From contig JACQZJ010000076.1 in the NCBI GenBank assembly GCA_016213895.1, positions 1,291 through 65,290 on the forward strand: a DNA stretch of 64,000 nucleotides. The letters are read 5' to 3'. Of this stretch, positions 1-11,011 are shown in pieces. The position numbers were made by a program, and so were the translations under genes. Under the pieces are notes generated by a model, which ran no database searches, was not told the DNA's origin, and saw nothing but the letters and a program-made list of their open reading frames with translations. The DNA comes from Planctomycetota bacterium (GTDB taxonomy: Bacteria > Planctomycetota > B15-G4 > JADJEK01). The first letter of the stretch is position 1; every line of letters starts with the position of its first letter.

Positions 1-677
1 AGGATCAGCGTGGAGTGGACGACCGCGATGCCCGCGGAGCCCTGGCGGCCGTCGTTCGAGAACTCCTCGTTGACGCCGTTGTCGCCCGTCGCGCCGTGGA
101 TCTCGGCGGCGGTCACGCGCACCGTGGAGTTGAGGACATACACGGTCTTGCAGGAATAGTAGAGCTGACTGCAGCCTGGCGCGGCGCCCGGCAGGATGAC
201 CAGGCCGTCGATCGAGACGTTGGCGCAGTCCGCGATTTTCGCGCGTTCGGCGTTGTCGTCTGTGCAGCCGCCCAGGCAGTCGATGGTCACGCGCTCCAGG
301 ATCACCTCTCCCGCGCACTGCAACACCGCCAGGAAGATGGTCTTGGAGTTCGCGGCGAACGTCATGCCGGAGATGCCCGCCCGCTTACCGGCGCCGACTC
401 CCGAGATGGTCACCGGACTGGTCCCGCTCGGCGCCACGGACCGCACGGTGAACGATCCGGCCGCGGCGCGCACGATGATGCCCTTCGACAGCGTGAAGGG
501 CGCGTACGTCCCGGGCTGGACCAGGATGACGTCGCCGTCCGCGCCCGCGAAAATCGCCGCCTGGATCTGGGTGAAGTCGCCGCCGCCGCCGGCGTCCACG
601 ATCCAGACCTTGGCTTCGCAGAGTTGCGTGGCAGACAAGGCGCACAACAGGATGAGCAAGCAGATCCTGGCTCTCAT
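1..677 (-). CDS. Secreted pectin-lyase-fold (beta-helix) protein, partial; runs off the left edge
   Basis: Hand-translated (not in the ORF track): MRARICLLILLCALSATQLCEAKVWIVDAGGGGDFTQIQAAIFAGADGDVILVQPGTY. Signal peptide plus the typical DF.TIQAAI...GD.ILV.PGTY start. Confidence 0.75.
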   Translation of the reverse strand, partial: MRARICLLILLCALSATQLCEAKVWIVDAGGGGDFTQIQAAIFAGADGDVILVQPGTYAPFTLSKGIIVRAAAGSFTVRSVAPSGTSPVTISGVGAGKRAGISGMTFAANSKTIFLAVLQCAGEVILERVTIDCLGGCTDDNAERAKIADCANVSIDGLVILPGAAPGCSQLYYSCKTVYVLNSTVRVTAAEIHGATGDNGVNEEFSNDGRQGSAGIAVVHSTLI

Positions 678-822
678 GGCGTCTTCTTCCTGGCTTGGGC
701 CCCGCTTGCGGGGCGAACGTCGTTCCTGAGCTGATGATACCTGCGTTTCCCCGGGTGTCGGGCAAGTACACTTTCCCGGGTGCGTCTGCGATCTCCTGCG
801 GCCGCGACGGAAGGACGGGTTT

Positions 823-1431
823 ATGCAGCGAGCGATCAGGCTGATCGCCAGGGCGTTGCTCGTGCTGAGCGTTCTGCACAGCGTCTTCTGCCTTCTGGTC
901 GGCTTCGTCCTCTCGGGCGCTCCGGATTCGCCGGGCTACGGGCTCGTGGGAGCTGCCGTTCTCGCCTTGCCGTTTCAGTTGTTCGCCTGGCGGAGCCCGG
1001 CGTGGTGTCAGTTCGGGGTGGTCGTGCTGACGTTTCTTCTGATCCGTTTCTGGCGAGAGGCGACACCGGAGTTCGACGTCGGGCTTGAATCCGAGGAAGT
1101 GGCGACTCGTTTCCTCGACCAGCTATCCGCCGGCCATCTCGACGCGGCCTACGCGCTCTGCGCCGAGGGCGTTTCGCGCGAGGAACTCGCGACCCTAGTC
1201 GAGGCGAAGCGGCTGGACCAGATCCAGAGCTTCAGGCTGGTCAGAAGCGACGACGTCCGTCGTCTGACCACGTGGGTCGAATTCACGGTGATCCAGAAGG
1301 CGGCGTCCACGACAGACCAGGAGCCGGAGCGCCTAATTGGCCTGTGGGTCGTGGCTCGGCGTTGGAAGTCGCCGGCCGTCTGCTCGATCGCCTTTGACGG
1401 TCAGGAGGAGATCCCTTTCTCCCGGCAGTGA
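823..1431 (+). CDS. Hypothetical membrane protein (N-terminal TM helices, soluble C-terminus)
   Basis: 202-aa ORF with hydrophobic N-terminal segments. Confidence 0.6.
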   Translation: MQRAIRLIARALLVLSVLHSVFCLLVGFVLSGAPDSPGYGLVGAAVLALPFQLFAWRSPAWCQFGVVVLTFLLIRFWREATPEFDVGLESEEVATRFLDQLSAGHLDAAYALCAEGVSREELATLVEAKRLDQIQSFRLVRSDDVRRLTTWVEFTVIQKAASTTDQEPERLIGLWVVARRWKSPAVCSIAFDGQEEIPFSRQ

Positions 1432-1504
1432 ATGGCCGCCGCCGACTCCAGGCGGAGTCGCCGTGCCCGCCCCGGAGTCCGCACACCCCGAACGTGATTC
1501 TGGA

Positions 1505-2938
1505 TCAGGCGCCGCGCCCCGCCTCCAGCCGGATCAGGTCGATCGCCTCGTCCAGGCGGTCCTGGTGCGTGCGGAAGCTCAGGACGCAGATGCGCTGGGT
1601 GAAGCGGCCCTTGACCCAGGCGCCGCTCATCCACACGCGCTGGTGGGCGAGCACGCGCTCGAGGAGCGCGACGTTGGCGCGGTCCTCGTCCTCGCCCGGA
1701 CGGGCCTCGTAGCGGAAGGTCACGAGCGACAGGTCGGGCGGCGCGAGCACGCGGATGCGCGGGATCTCCGCGAGGCGCACGGCGGCGCGCTCGGCGAGGT
1801 CGAGCTTCTCGTCCAGGCAGGCGCGAAACGCCCGCGCGCCGAAGATCTTCAAGGGCAGCCAGACGCGCAGGCCGCGAAAGTCGCGCGACAGCTCCGGCGA
1901 GTACTCGCAGAAGTCCTGCGCGACCGCGTCGTCCTGCAGGGTCGGCAGATACCCGGTCTCGGCCTGGTGGGGGGCGCGGAGATCCGCGCCGTGCCGCACC
2001 AGCAGGCAGCCGGTGCCGTAGGGCAGGAACAGCCCCTTGTGCGGATCGACGGTGATCGAGTCGGCGCGCTCGATGCCGTCGAGGCGCTTCTTGCCGCGCT
2101 CGGTCAGGAGGAAGAAGCCGCCGTAGGCCGCGTCCACGTGCAGCCAGAGGTTCTCGTCGCGGCAGACCTCCGCGATTCCCGGGAGATCGTCCACCACGCC
2201 GGTGTTCGTGGTGCCCGCGCTCGCCACCGCGATGGCGGGCCGGAGCCCCGCGCGCCGGTCGCGGGTCACGGCGTCCCGGAGCGCCGCGGCGTGGAACCTG
2301 AGGTCCTCGCCGGTCTCGATCGTGCGCACGCAGTCGCGCGGGAAGCCGATGACGCGCGCCGCCTTCGCCACCGAGTGGTGCGCCTGATCCGAGACGTACA
2401 CCACGCCGTCCTGGAAGCGTTCGCCGAGCAGCTTGTGGCGCGCGCACACCAGGCCCACCAGGTTGGCGAGCGACCCGCCGCTCGTGAGGATGCCGCGCGC
2501 TTCCTCCCCGAAGCCGGCCATGTCCAGGAACCAGCGCAGCACGTTCATCTCGAGGCGCGCGAGGAGCGGCGCGGGCGCGAACATGCCGGTGTAGCGGTTG
2601 GTGATGTTGGCGATCAGGTCGGCGATGGCCGCGGGCACGATGCCGCCGCCGGGAATGTAGGCGAGGTAGCCGGGCCCGGCCGTGTTGAACGAGCGCGGCG
2701 CGTACTCCCGCACCACCTTGCGCATAAGCTCGCCCGCGTCCGCGCCGTCTTCCGGCAGGGGCTCGATCAGCGCGCGCGCCTCGTCCAGGGCGTTCGCCGC
2801 GTTCGCCGCCGGCTGCTCGGGAAGGGCCCGCAGGTGCTCGAGGACGAGGCTGGCCGCCTGGTCGAGCCAGGCGCGCACCGTGACTTCGTCAGGCTCGAGC
2901 GGATGGCGCGCGCGGGCCGTGCTGGAGTTCTCGCTCAT
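1505..2938 (-). CDS. PLP-dependent group II amino-acid decarboxylase
   Basis: Motifs TSGGSLAN, HHSVAKAA, AGTTNTG, HVDAAYGG and DPHK (PLP lysine). Confidence 0.9.
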   Translation of the reverse strand: MSENSSTARARHPLEPDEVTVRAWLDQAASLVLEHLRALPEQPAANAANALDEARALIEPLPEDGADAGELMRKVVREYAPRSFNTAGPGYLAYIPGGGIVPAAIADLIANITNRYTGMFAPAPLLARLEMNVLRWFLDMAGFGEEARGILTSGGSLANLVGLVCARHKLLGERFQDGVVYVSDQAHHSVAKAARVIGFPRDCVRTIETGEDLRFHAAALRDAVTRDRRAGLRPAIAVASAGTTNTGVVDDLPGIAEVCRDENLWLHVDAAYGGFFLLTERGKKRLDGIERADSITVDPHKGLFLPYGTGCLLVRHGADLRAPHQAETGYLPTLQDDAVAQDFCEYSPELSRDFRGLRVWLPLKIFGARAFRACLDEKLDLAERAAVRLAEIPRIRVLAPPDLSLVTFRYEARPGEDEDRANVALLERVLAHQRVWMSGAWVKGRFTQRICVLSFRTHQDRLDEAIDLIRLEAGRGA

Positions 2939-2990
2939 GCGCCCGAAATGACGCCTTCGCGGACCCTCCGTCAAGGGCCTGCAGCGCGGA

Positions 2991-5900
2991 TCAGCGCGCG
3001 GCCACGATGTGGTCGAAGCGCTGATAGGCCTCGAAGCACAGGGTCAGGAGCGCGGTCGCACCCACGCGTCCGAGCGGGTTGCCCTGCGGATCCCAGGATC
3101 CCTGCTTGCAGCCGTCCTGCCGCTGGCTCCTCACCACGGCCTCGAGCAGATGGCTCTGCCACGCGTCCCAGTCCGCGCCGCCCATCTGGAACATAGCGTA
3201 GGACCCGAAGAACCAGTAGGGGAACTCGGCGGCGCCGGCGGTGCCGTTCTTCTCCCACTCCGGAGGATGCGCTCGCAGGAGCGCGGCAGCCGCGCGCAGC
3301 TCGGCGCCTTCTGGATCCGCGCCGAGCAGGATGAGGCCGAGCAGCGCGGCGGCGGCGGGCCGCTCCGGATGAGCCTCGCTGCTCGCCGCGTCGAGCGCCA
3401 GGCGCAGCCGCTCCTCGAGGAACCTGCGCGCCTAGTCGAGCGCCGTTGGATCGACCGACAGCCCGAAGTCTCGAGCCGACTTCAGAGCCAGCACGACCCA
3501 GCTCGTGAGGACCACGTCCTCGACCCGGTCCGCGCCGTCTCCCATGCGCCAGGCCCCGTCCGGCACGCGCGCCGCGAGCAGGAAGTCGATCCCCTTCTGC
3601 GCGGGGTCCTTCAGGAGCGGCCACTTCGCCAGCCCGCAGCACTCGGTCACGGCCAGCGTGGCGATGGCGTGATCGAGCAGGAAGCCGTCCCGGGACTTGC
3701 CCTCGCCGAAGCCACCGTTCGCCTGGTCCTGCAGGGACAACAGGTGCCTCGCGGCCACTCGGACCCCGTCCCGGTAGGTGCCCTGCTTCGCCGTGTTTCC
3801 CGCTCCGAGGTGCGCGAGGAGGGCCAGTCCGTTCATGCCGGCGTCGCGGCCGACCTCCCCTTCCCCGCCGCATTGGCTCGTGAAGCAGCAGTTGCTGAAC
3901 CTGCTGCTGGACCAGAAGCCGCGCGGATCCTGATGCCTCCTCAGCCACTCCAGGCTTCGCTCCACGTGCTGCAAGACGCGCACTACCTTCTGGCTCGCCT
4001 TGCAGCCGCCCACGCCCAGGACATCGTATTCGCCCCCGTCCATCATTGGCGCGTCGCGGGCGAGCAACTCTCTCACCGTCTCGGGGAGGGCCTCGTCCTT
4101 CTCCGTGTCGTCCTCGGAGACGACCTGCTCGTCGAGCTGGACCGCCTGCTCCGCGATGGGGTCCATCCGGGAAACCGGAGATGCGTTGACTCCCACGTCG
4201 GCCGCCGCGGGGTCGAGCCCGGCCAGCTCCCGGCGCCGCGCGGTCACCCGTTCCAGCGCCGCGTCCAGAGCCGTGGCGTCGCCCGGCGCGAGGCGCGCCC
4301 GGTCCTCGGGCAGGCGCGCGAGAAACGACGTGTACGGGCAGTGCACGCCGGTTTCGAGGGACAGGTCGATCTCCGCCTGGACCAGCTCGTCCTCGGTCGA
4401 GTACCGGCCGCGCTCGAGGGCCGCGAAGTAGGCCTCGTCCGAGAGGCCGGCGCGCAGGCGCAAGGCCCTCTCCAGCCAGCCGAGCTTGGCGCGCGCATAG
4501 AGGTCGCGCGCGACCGGCTCGCCGCGCGCGGCCGGCGCCTCGGCCTGGCCGAAGTCGACGGATGCGCTGAGAGCGCGCTTCCTTCCGTCCAGGATTCCCT
4601 CGACGGTCACGCGCTGCTCGCCCGCGCCGCGCCAGCGGCCCGTGATCACCGCCTGCTCGCCGAGGTAGATGGTGGGAAGCGGCCGCGGCAGCAGGTCGTC
4701 CACCACGCGGCCGTCGATGGTGACGCGCAAGCCGGCGACGGCCGGCGAGGACGTGCGCGCCAGGAACGCGCAGAGGCGCGACTCGATCTCGCCCTCCGGC
4801 CGGAACACCTCCGCGCTGCCGCCTCCGGCCGCGGCGATGCCCTCGAGCAGGGCGGAGTCCACGTCCGCGCCCACGCCGAAGGCGAAGGCGTGCGGAGCGC
4901 CCTCGGCCTGCTGCCGGGCGCACTCGATGATGCGCTCGGGCTGCGTCTCTCCCGCCGTGGGCAGGCCGTCGGTCAAGAACACGGCGAGGCCCACGCGGCC
5001 GTCCTCCCGGCCGCCGGCCGAGCAGGCCGCCTGCACCGCGTCGCCGAGAGCGGTGCCGCCGCCGGCCTCGGCGGTCTCGACGAAGCGCCGGAGCGCCGCG
5101 AGGTTCTCGCCGGTCGCCGGGACCGGCGCGTCCGCGAAGCGGCTCACCACGTCGCTGAAGAGCAGCACGTTCACGCGGTCCCTCTCCCGCAGGTGCTCGA
5201 GCAGCCAGAGCGCGGCGCGCTTCGCCTGCGCGATCTTGGCGCCCTCCATGCTGCCGGACACGTCGAGAGCGAGCGTCACGTCGCGCGGCAGCACCTGGCT
5301 CTCGGCGAGCGCGGGCGGCGTGACCAGGGCGGCGAAGAACGCATCCCCGCACGCGGGCCGGAAGACATGCACCGCGAGCGACGGCTCGGGCGTGGCGACC
5401 CTGGCGGTCACGACCACGTCCTCGCCGAGGAGCGCGCGCGACTTCTCGAGCGAGGCGTGCGCCTCGTGCTCGGAGACGAGGTGTGTTGCCATGCCCTCGG
5501 TGGGGGAGGAGACGTTCTTGATCGGGACCGACGAGCGCACGGCTACGGACACGGTGAGGTCCTGCTCGGTCGAGGCAGCGCCCGCGGCGAGCGCCAGCGG
5601 ATAGACGTAGCGATACTCGTCGTTCAGGAGCGGCAGGGCCTCGATCCAGGTCAGCTCCACCACGGTCGGCTGGTCCGGCAGCACCGGGAAGACCGAGAGG
5701 CGGAAGGCCGAGCGGCCGATCTGCTCCACGAGCGCCGGGTCGCGCTTCTGGCGCACGATGGCGTCGTAGGCGCGACGCGCAATCATGCGCTCGGCGAGGA
5801 ACCCCTCGAGCCGCTGATCGCCCAGCTCGAGCGCCAGGCCGGTCAAGGCCGCGCCTTCTGGCAGCGGGAAGACGTAGAGCGCCTCGAGCGCCCGGCCGTG

Positions 5901-6092
5901 GGGGTTCACGAACGTCTGGCGGAGCGTGGTGCGCGCCAGGCCGTCGTGAACCTCGGCCGTGACGCGGTGCGAGCGCACCTGGATGGGAGGGCTGCCGTCC
6001 CGCGGAACCAGGAGCCCGGCGCCGAAGGCGCGCTCACAGGCGAGCGCGGTAAGCACGAGACAGACGGAGAGCGGGAACCGCGACCAGGACAT
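2991..6092 (-). pseudogene. VIT + vWA + prenyltransferase/squalene-cyclase-like repeat protein interrupted by an in-frame TAG at 3432-3434
   Basis: VIT (LEALYVFPLPEGAA), vWA (DVSGSM, LTDG) and prenyltransferase-like repeats. The same frame continues past the TAG (ALD*ARRFLEE...YWFFGSYAMFQMGG...GSWDP) to a TGA at 2991. Confidence 0.75.
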
Positions 6093-6360
6093 GGCATCGG
6101 CCTCCTCGATCGACTCGGTTGGGGACTCTTGCGCGGCCCTTCAACTCGTGGCCGCGTTCGCGCGCCTTGCTGCTCCATCCGAACGGACGCCGCCCTTCCC
6201 GGTTCACGGACTTGACAGACGAACGCACCGGCGACACTCCACGCGCGGTGCGTACATTCCGTGCTTGATCTGACGGGCGGTGCAGTCATTCCGTGCGATC
6301 GCGGGCTCCTGGCCCGCGATCGCCCACGTCCGTCTGGCGCGGACGCTGCGCGCCGCGCCA

Positions 6361-6490
6361 GACGCCGTGGCTTGATCCGACGGGCGGGGCGCCCGCGGCT
6401 CAGCCGCGGCACCGCGCGTCCACGCGACGCCGCGGCTTGATCCGACGGGCGGGGCGCCCGCGGCTCAGCCGCGGCACCGCGCGTGCACGC
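6361..6490. repeat. Two tandem 65-bp direct repeats with an internal hairpin
   Basis: 6361-6425 and 6426-6490 differ at 2 positions; each contains ccgcggc-tca-gccgcgg. Confidence 0.9.
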
Positions 6491-6559
6491 GCCGTGCATT
6501 GATTCCGTGCGATCGCCTACCTCAAGTAAGTTGTCCCGAAGCAAGCTCACCTCGCCCTG

Positions 6560-6651
6560 AGCATCGAGACGGCGCGCCGGTGGAGCGAGCGGCGTTTCCC
6601 CGGATCCCGGGGAAACGGCCGCGATGCTCCCTACGCCAGCCTCCCCTCCGG
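6560..6651 (-). repeat. Partial inverted copy (D) of the dispersed structured element
   Basis: Reverse complement reads ccggagggg...ggagcatcgcggccgtttccccgggatccgggg, matching the 5' part of the copies at 38526, 41565 and 51241. Confidence 0.6.
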
Positions 6652-6770
6652 CTCCGGGGAAACCGCCGCCAGCGCCTCGCGCCCGGCCGCGCCGTGGTAT
6701 CCTGGAATACACGGTCCGAAGGCGCGGGCGCCTGCCCCCCGGCGTTTCCGGATGCGCAAGACGGACCACG

Positions 6771-8009
6771 ATGAAGAAGAAGAACCCGAGCGCGGGCGCG
6801 CGGCGCCGCCGGCTCCTGCCGGCCGCCGTTCTCGCCCTCGCTGTCACGGCGCTCCTGCTCTCTGCCGCCGAGCTGGTGCTGCGCGGCCTGCGCGGCGAAC
6901 CCGGGCTCTACGCGGGCTATCGCTGGCTTTGCGGCACGCACCTCGTGGACCCGACTTTCTCCGAGTTCCGCGCCAGGCAGGAGGAGATCCAGGAAGAGCG
7001 CGCGGCGCAGGGAATGGAGCGGGGCCGCGACCATCCCCTTTTCGGCTGGACCTACAACCCGGGGTTCCACGCCAGCGCCAGCGGCCTCGACATCCGCATC
7101 AACTCGCACGCGCTGCGCGGTCCGGAGTTCCCGGAGGAGAAGCCGCCCGGCGAGATCCGCGTGCTGGCGCTCGGCGGATCGACCACGGCCGGCGAGGAGG
7201 TCGCCGAGGCGGACACGTATCCCGCGCAGCTTGAGCAGATGCTCCGCGAGCGCTTCCCGGGGAAGAACCTCCGCGTCATCAACGCCGGCGTTCCGTCGTA
7301 TCACGTGGAGGACTCGTTCCGCCACTACAGCCTGCGCCTGTTCCGCCTGCGCCCGGACTTCGTCACGATCTACCACGGCATCAATGACGTGCGGCTCTAC
7401 GGCCGCGGCGGGCCGGACATCGCGCCAAAGCAGAACTACTCGGGCCGCGCGCTCTCGCCGTTCGTGTACGAGGGCGACGCGCTTGGCCCGCGCGCGGAAT
7501 CGGCCTTTCGCTGGCTGCTGGGCGCGTTCGCCGACCGGAGCCAGCTCGTGAGCGGCGTGCGCTCGGTCGTGAAGTCGCTCGAACCCAAGGAGGCGCGCGC
7601 GGCAGAGGAGGTCACGCCCGCGGGCATCGCCGCGTTCCAGGCCTACGCCGGCGCTCTCGTGCGGCAGATCCAGGCGAGCAGCGCCGTGCCCGTTCTCGCC
7701 ACGTTCGCCATTGCCTGGCCCGGCCGCTTCGACGAGCACGACCAGTTGAAGATCGACGAGAGCTTCCGCACGTGGCTCAAGAAGCCAGGCCTTTCGCTCG
7801 CCGCCGGCCGGCAGGTGCTCGACCTGCAGAACCGCTTCCTCTTCGAGCTTGCGGCCGAGGAGGGCATCCCCGCCTGCGACGTGGCCGCGGCCGTGCCTGC
7901 CGACCGCGAGCACTTCATCGACGTCTGCCACTTGACGCCGCAGGGCAACCGCCGCATCGCCGCGGCCCTGGCCGACACGCTCGCGCCGCTCATAGCCGCG
8001 CGGCGGTGA
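6771..8009 (+). CDS. SGNH/GDSL hydrolase family protein with N-terminal membrane anchor
   Basis: Blocks LGGSTT, INAGV, GIND and DVCH. Confidence 0.85.
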   Translation: MKKKNPSAGARRRRLLPAAVLALAVTALLLSAAELVLRGLRGEPGLYAGYRWLCGTHLVDPTFSEFRARQEEIQEERAAQGMERGRDHPLFGWTYNPGFHASASGLDIRINSHALRGPEFPEEKPPGEIRVLALGGSTTAGEEVAEADTYPAQLEQMLRERFPGKNLRVINAGVPSYHVEDSFRHYSLRLFRLRPDFVTIYHGINDVRLYGRGGPDIAPKQNYSGRALSPFVYEGDALGPRAESAFRWLLGAFADRSQLVSGVRSVVKSLEPKEARAAEEVTPAGIAAFQAYAGALVRQIQASSAVPVLATFAIAWPGRFDEHDQLKIDESFRTWLKKPGLSLAAGRQVLDLQNRFLFELAAEEGIPACDVAAAVPADREHFIDVCHLTPQGNRRIAAALADTLAPLIAARR

Positions 8010-10154
8010 CGAGGAGCGCGAGCAGCAGCGCGAGCGCCGCGCCGGCTGCCGCGAGCGCCGGGCCGAGTCCCCGCGGCGAGTACTCGAAGACCACCTGATG
8101 CACGCCAGCTTCGAGGAACACGCCGAGCAGGGCGTGGTCGGCGACTCGCAGCTCCGCCTGCTCGCCGTCGACCGTGACCGACCAGCCCGGGTCCCACCCC
8201 TCGGCCAGCACCAGCACGCCCGGGAAGCGCGCTTCGAGCGAGATGACGTGCCGGCCGTCCTGGCTCTTCTCGAGGGTGGCCTCCTGCATCGCTCCCCGGG
8301 ACGGCAGCTCGACCGGAAGCGGACGCTCGACGAGCACGGTCTCGTGGACCGGGAAGGCGCGGTCCGCGAGGCGGCTGAGGCGCTCGGCCGCGTCTTCCAC
8401 GAGTGCGGCCCCGCCGCAGAGGAAGGCGCGCGGCCCGGCCGTGGGCCGCGCGAGCGCGCCCAACCGGTCCTGCTCATCCTCGAACAGAACCGGCAGCCCC
8501 GTGCGCTTTGCCAGGTCGCGATCCGCGTGCACCACCGTGTCCACGTTGAGCAGGTCGAGGAGCGGGTGGGTCAGGCTCGCAAGATCGCGCAGCGGCCGGC
8601 CCACGCGCGGATCGACCGGATCGTAGAGCGGGCCCTCGAGGCACGCGACGAGTTCGGCGCCGCGCGCCGGGACCATGGGCAGGATGCCGTGGATCGATCG
8701 GATGCCGAAGAGGCCGGCGAGCGAAGACGGCAGAACGTTCGGGGCGGCCGCGAACACGCAGATCCGGCCCGGCCTCTCGGAGAGGCGCGCGAGCGAGGGA
8801 GTCCGCGGGTAGTGCTCCTGCTCCGGAGCACGGCGCCGAACTTCCAGGGCGGCCTGGCGCGGCGCTCGAGAATCGCCTGCAGCACGAGTGCGCCCGCCAC
8901 GGGCCAGCAGGCCGCGACCAAGGCCAGCATGCGCTTGATGTTCCCCATGGCGAGCACGTCGGCCCCGGGCACGAGCCGCATGAGCGCCGGGCCAACGAGG
9001 CACGCGGCGAATGCGACGAGCGAGACCAGGACGAGGCGCCGCGCGAACGGTGCGAGCGCGCGGCGAAAGGCCAGCGGCAGCAGCAGGAGCACGAGCACGC
9101 CGCAGTAGAAGGCGTTGTACGGGATGCTGTTCTGGATCTCGTCGCCGAGCCAGCGGCGGTGGGGGAGCCAGGCCTCCATGGTCTGCGCCGGCGCGTCCGG
9201 CAGGCTGAAGTCCGGAGGATGCCCGAACAGCTCCGGCAGCACCGCGGTGGCGAGCGCGGCCGGGGCCAGGCCGCGCTCGGCCGCGGCCTGGCGCGTCTCT
9301 GGCGCCGAGCGGAGCGACGACTCGTAGGCGTCGCCGGAGAGGAGCATCTGCGGCAGGCCGAGCGCCAGGCCGATGAGCAGCGCTGCGGCGAGGACGAACC
9401 CAGCGCGCACGTTCCAGAGGGATCGCTGGAGGGTGGCGAAGAGGATCGTGCCGAAAGCGAGCACGAAGGCGACCTGCGGGAAGCCGGAGAGCATCATCAA
9501 GCCGGTGGCGAGCGCGCCCTCGCTGATTGCGCGCCGGAAGCGCCCTTGCCGCAGCCACTCCACGGCGAGGACCTGCGCCGGCCACCAGGAGATCGTGTAG
9601 ACCTCGTGTGGCGACTGCCAGCGGGTGTAGACCCACGCGGAGAGGGCGAACCCGACGGCCCCGGCCGCCGCGGCCGGTGGCGACGCCCCGAAGGCGCGGC
9701 AGGCGCGGTAGGCGAGAAGGGCGGCGAGGGCAAAGTGGAACCACAGCATCCAGTCGAGCGCCGTCATCGGATCGAGGGGACGCGTCAGCCAGGTGGCGGG
9801 CGAGAAGAAGGGGAAGGGGATGCACGCGACCAGCGGATAGCCAAGCGCCTGCGAGCCGTCCCACCAGGGAAGGCGGCCGCTCTCCTCGATCTGCCGGGCG
9901 CGCATCATGCCCGGCAGCACGAACGCGTCCACGTCTGGCGAGATGGGGTTGATGGGTGGAAGCGGCCCGCTCGCGGCTCTGGCCCAAGGGTGCAGGTCGA
10001 TGCGCGGGTCGTCGCTGGTGAAGGTGCGCGTGCACCGTCCCGCGAAGAGCGGCTGGTAGAGCACGGCGGAGGCCAGCACGGCGCAGGCGAGAGCAGCGAG
10101 CGCTGCCTCCCGCCATCCGAGCTGCTGCTGCGGTCGTTCCGAGGAAGGTAGCAC
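7990..10154 (-). pseudogene. YfhO-like GT-C membrane glycosyltransferase with a frameshift or internal deletion near 8826
   Basis: N-terminal part (GRLPWWD...GYPL, many TM helices) is in one frame. C-terminal YfhO part (YPRTPSL...LVLAEGWDPGWSVTVDG...GVHQVVFEYSP) is in another. Confidence 0.75.
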
Positions 10155-10252
10155 CAGACCCCGTCTCCTCCGGCGACCAAGAGGCGGCTATCCTCTGCGC
10201 AGTGTAACCGCGCCGCGGTCAGGATCCGCCCTCTTGCGGCTTCGCAGCAGGC

Positions 10253-11011
10253 ATGAAGACAGAACAGCGCGTGATGCTCGGCGTGGACGTGGAGTCGGAC
10301 TGGGGAAGCGGTTCGCGCTCCGGCATCGAGACGGTGCTGCCGCGCCTGCTGGCGCTGTTTCACGAGTGCGCGGTGCGGGCCACGTTCTTCGTGGTCGGCG
10401 AGCTGGCCGCCGCTTTTCGCGAGCAGGTCGATCCAGGCGGTCCCCACGAAGTGGGCTCGCACGGGTTGACCCACGCGCTCCTCGACCGTCTCGATTGGGA
10501 CGGGGTAATGCGCGAGGTCGTCGGGTCGAAAGAGCGCCTCGAGTCCGCCGGCTACGAGGTCAGGGGCTTCCGCGCGCCGTTCCTGCGGTCGCCTCCCTGG
10601 CTCGCGACCATCGTGAGAGACGCCGGCTACGGGTACGACGCGTCCGAAGGCTCCGTCTACCCCGATCCCCGCGTCTTCTTCTCGCGCTCGCGCCGGCCTC
10701 GCCGCCAGGACGGCCTGCTCCGGCTGGGCGTGTCCACGCTTCGCGATCGCATCACGCCTGCTTCCCTGACCTACCTCAGGCTCTACCATCCGCTCGGGCT
10801 CCGGCTCTTCTCGCCGAGCGCGCACTTCTTTTCCTGCCATCTCCACGAGCTCTTGGAGGCGCGCGGCGGCTGGCAGCGCCTGCCGTCCCCGCTGCGCCGG
10901 CTGCATGGGCGAAAGTCCGGGCAAGCGGCCTTTCGCATCCTCGAGACGCTGCTCCGGCGCCCCGGCCTGCGCTTCGTCAGTTGCCGGGAGTTCCTCGACG
11001 AGGCGCTCTGA
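10253..11011 (+). CDS. Polysaccharide deacetylase (CE4/NodB family)
   Basis: Motifs GVDVE, ATFFVVG, HEVGSHGLTH, GFRAP and YDAS. Confidence 0.85.
   Translation: MKTEQRVMLGVDVESDWGSGSRSGIETVLPRLLALFHECAVRATFFVVGELAAAFREQVDPGGPHEVGSHGLTHALLDRLDWDGVMREVVGSKERLESAGYEVRGFRAPFLRSPPWLATIVRDAGYGYDASEGSVYPDPRVFFSRSRRPRRQDGLLRLGVSTLRDRITPASLTYLRLYHPLGLRLFSPSAHFFSCHLHELLEARGGWQRLPSPLRRLHGRKSGQAAFRILETLLRRPGLRFVSCREFLDEAL

Noticed and set aside
3432..3434. Genome-wide TAG recoding
   Set aside because: TAG ends complete genes normally elsewhere (fabG, the KS, the ECF sigma, tricorn), and no pyl genes are seen here.
3009..6215. Very long alternative-frame ORFs (for example 3009-6215 +, 47004-50099 +, and the upstream part of 49844-53890 -)
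   Set aside because: Shadow ORFs expected at very high GC; they overlap well-supported genes and lack motifs.
6361..6490. Possible CRISPR array
   Set aside because: Two contiguous 65-bp units without unique spacers, and no cas genes in the window.
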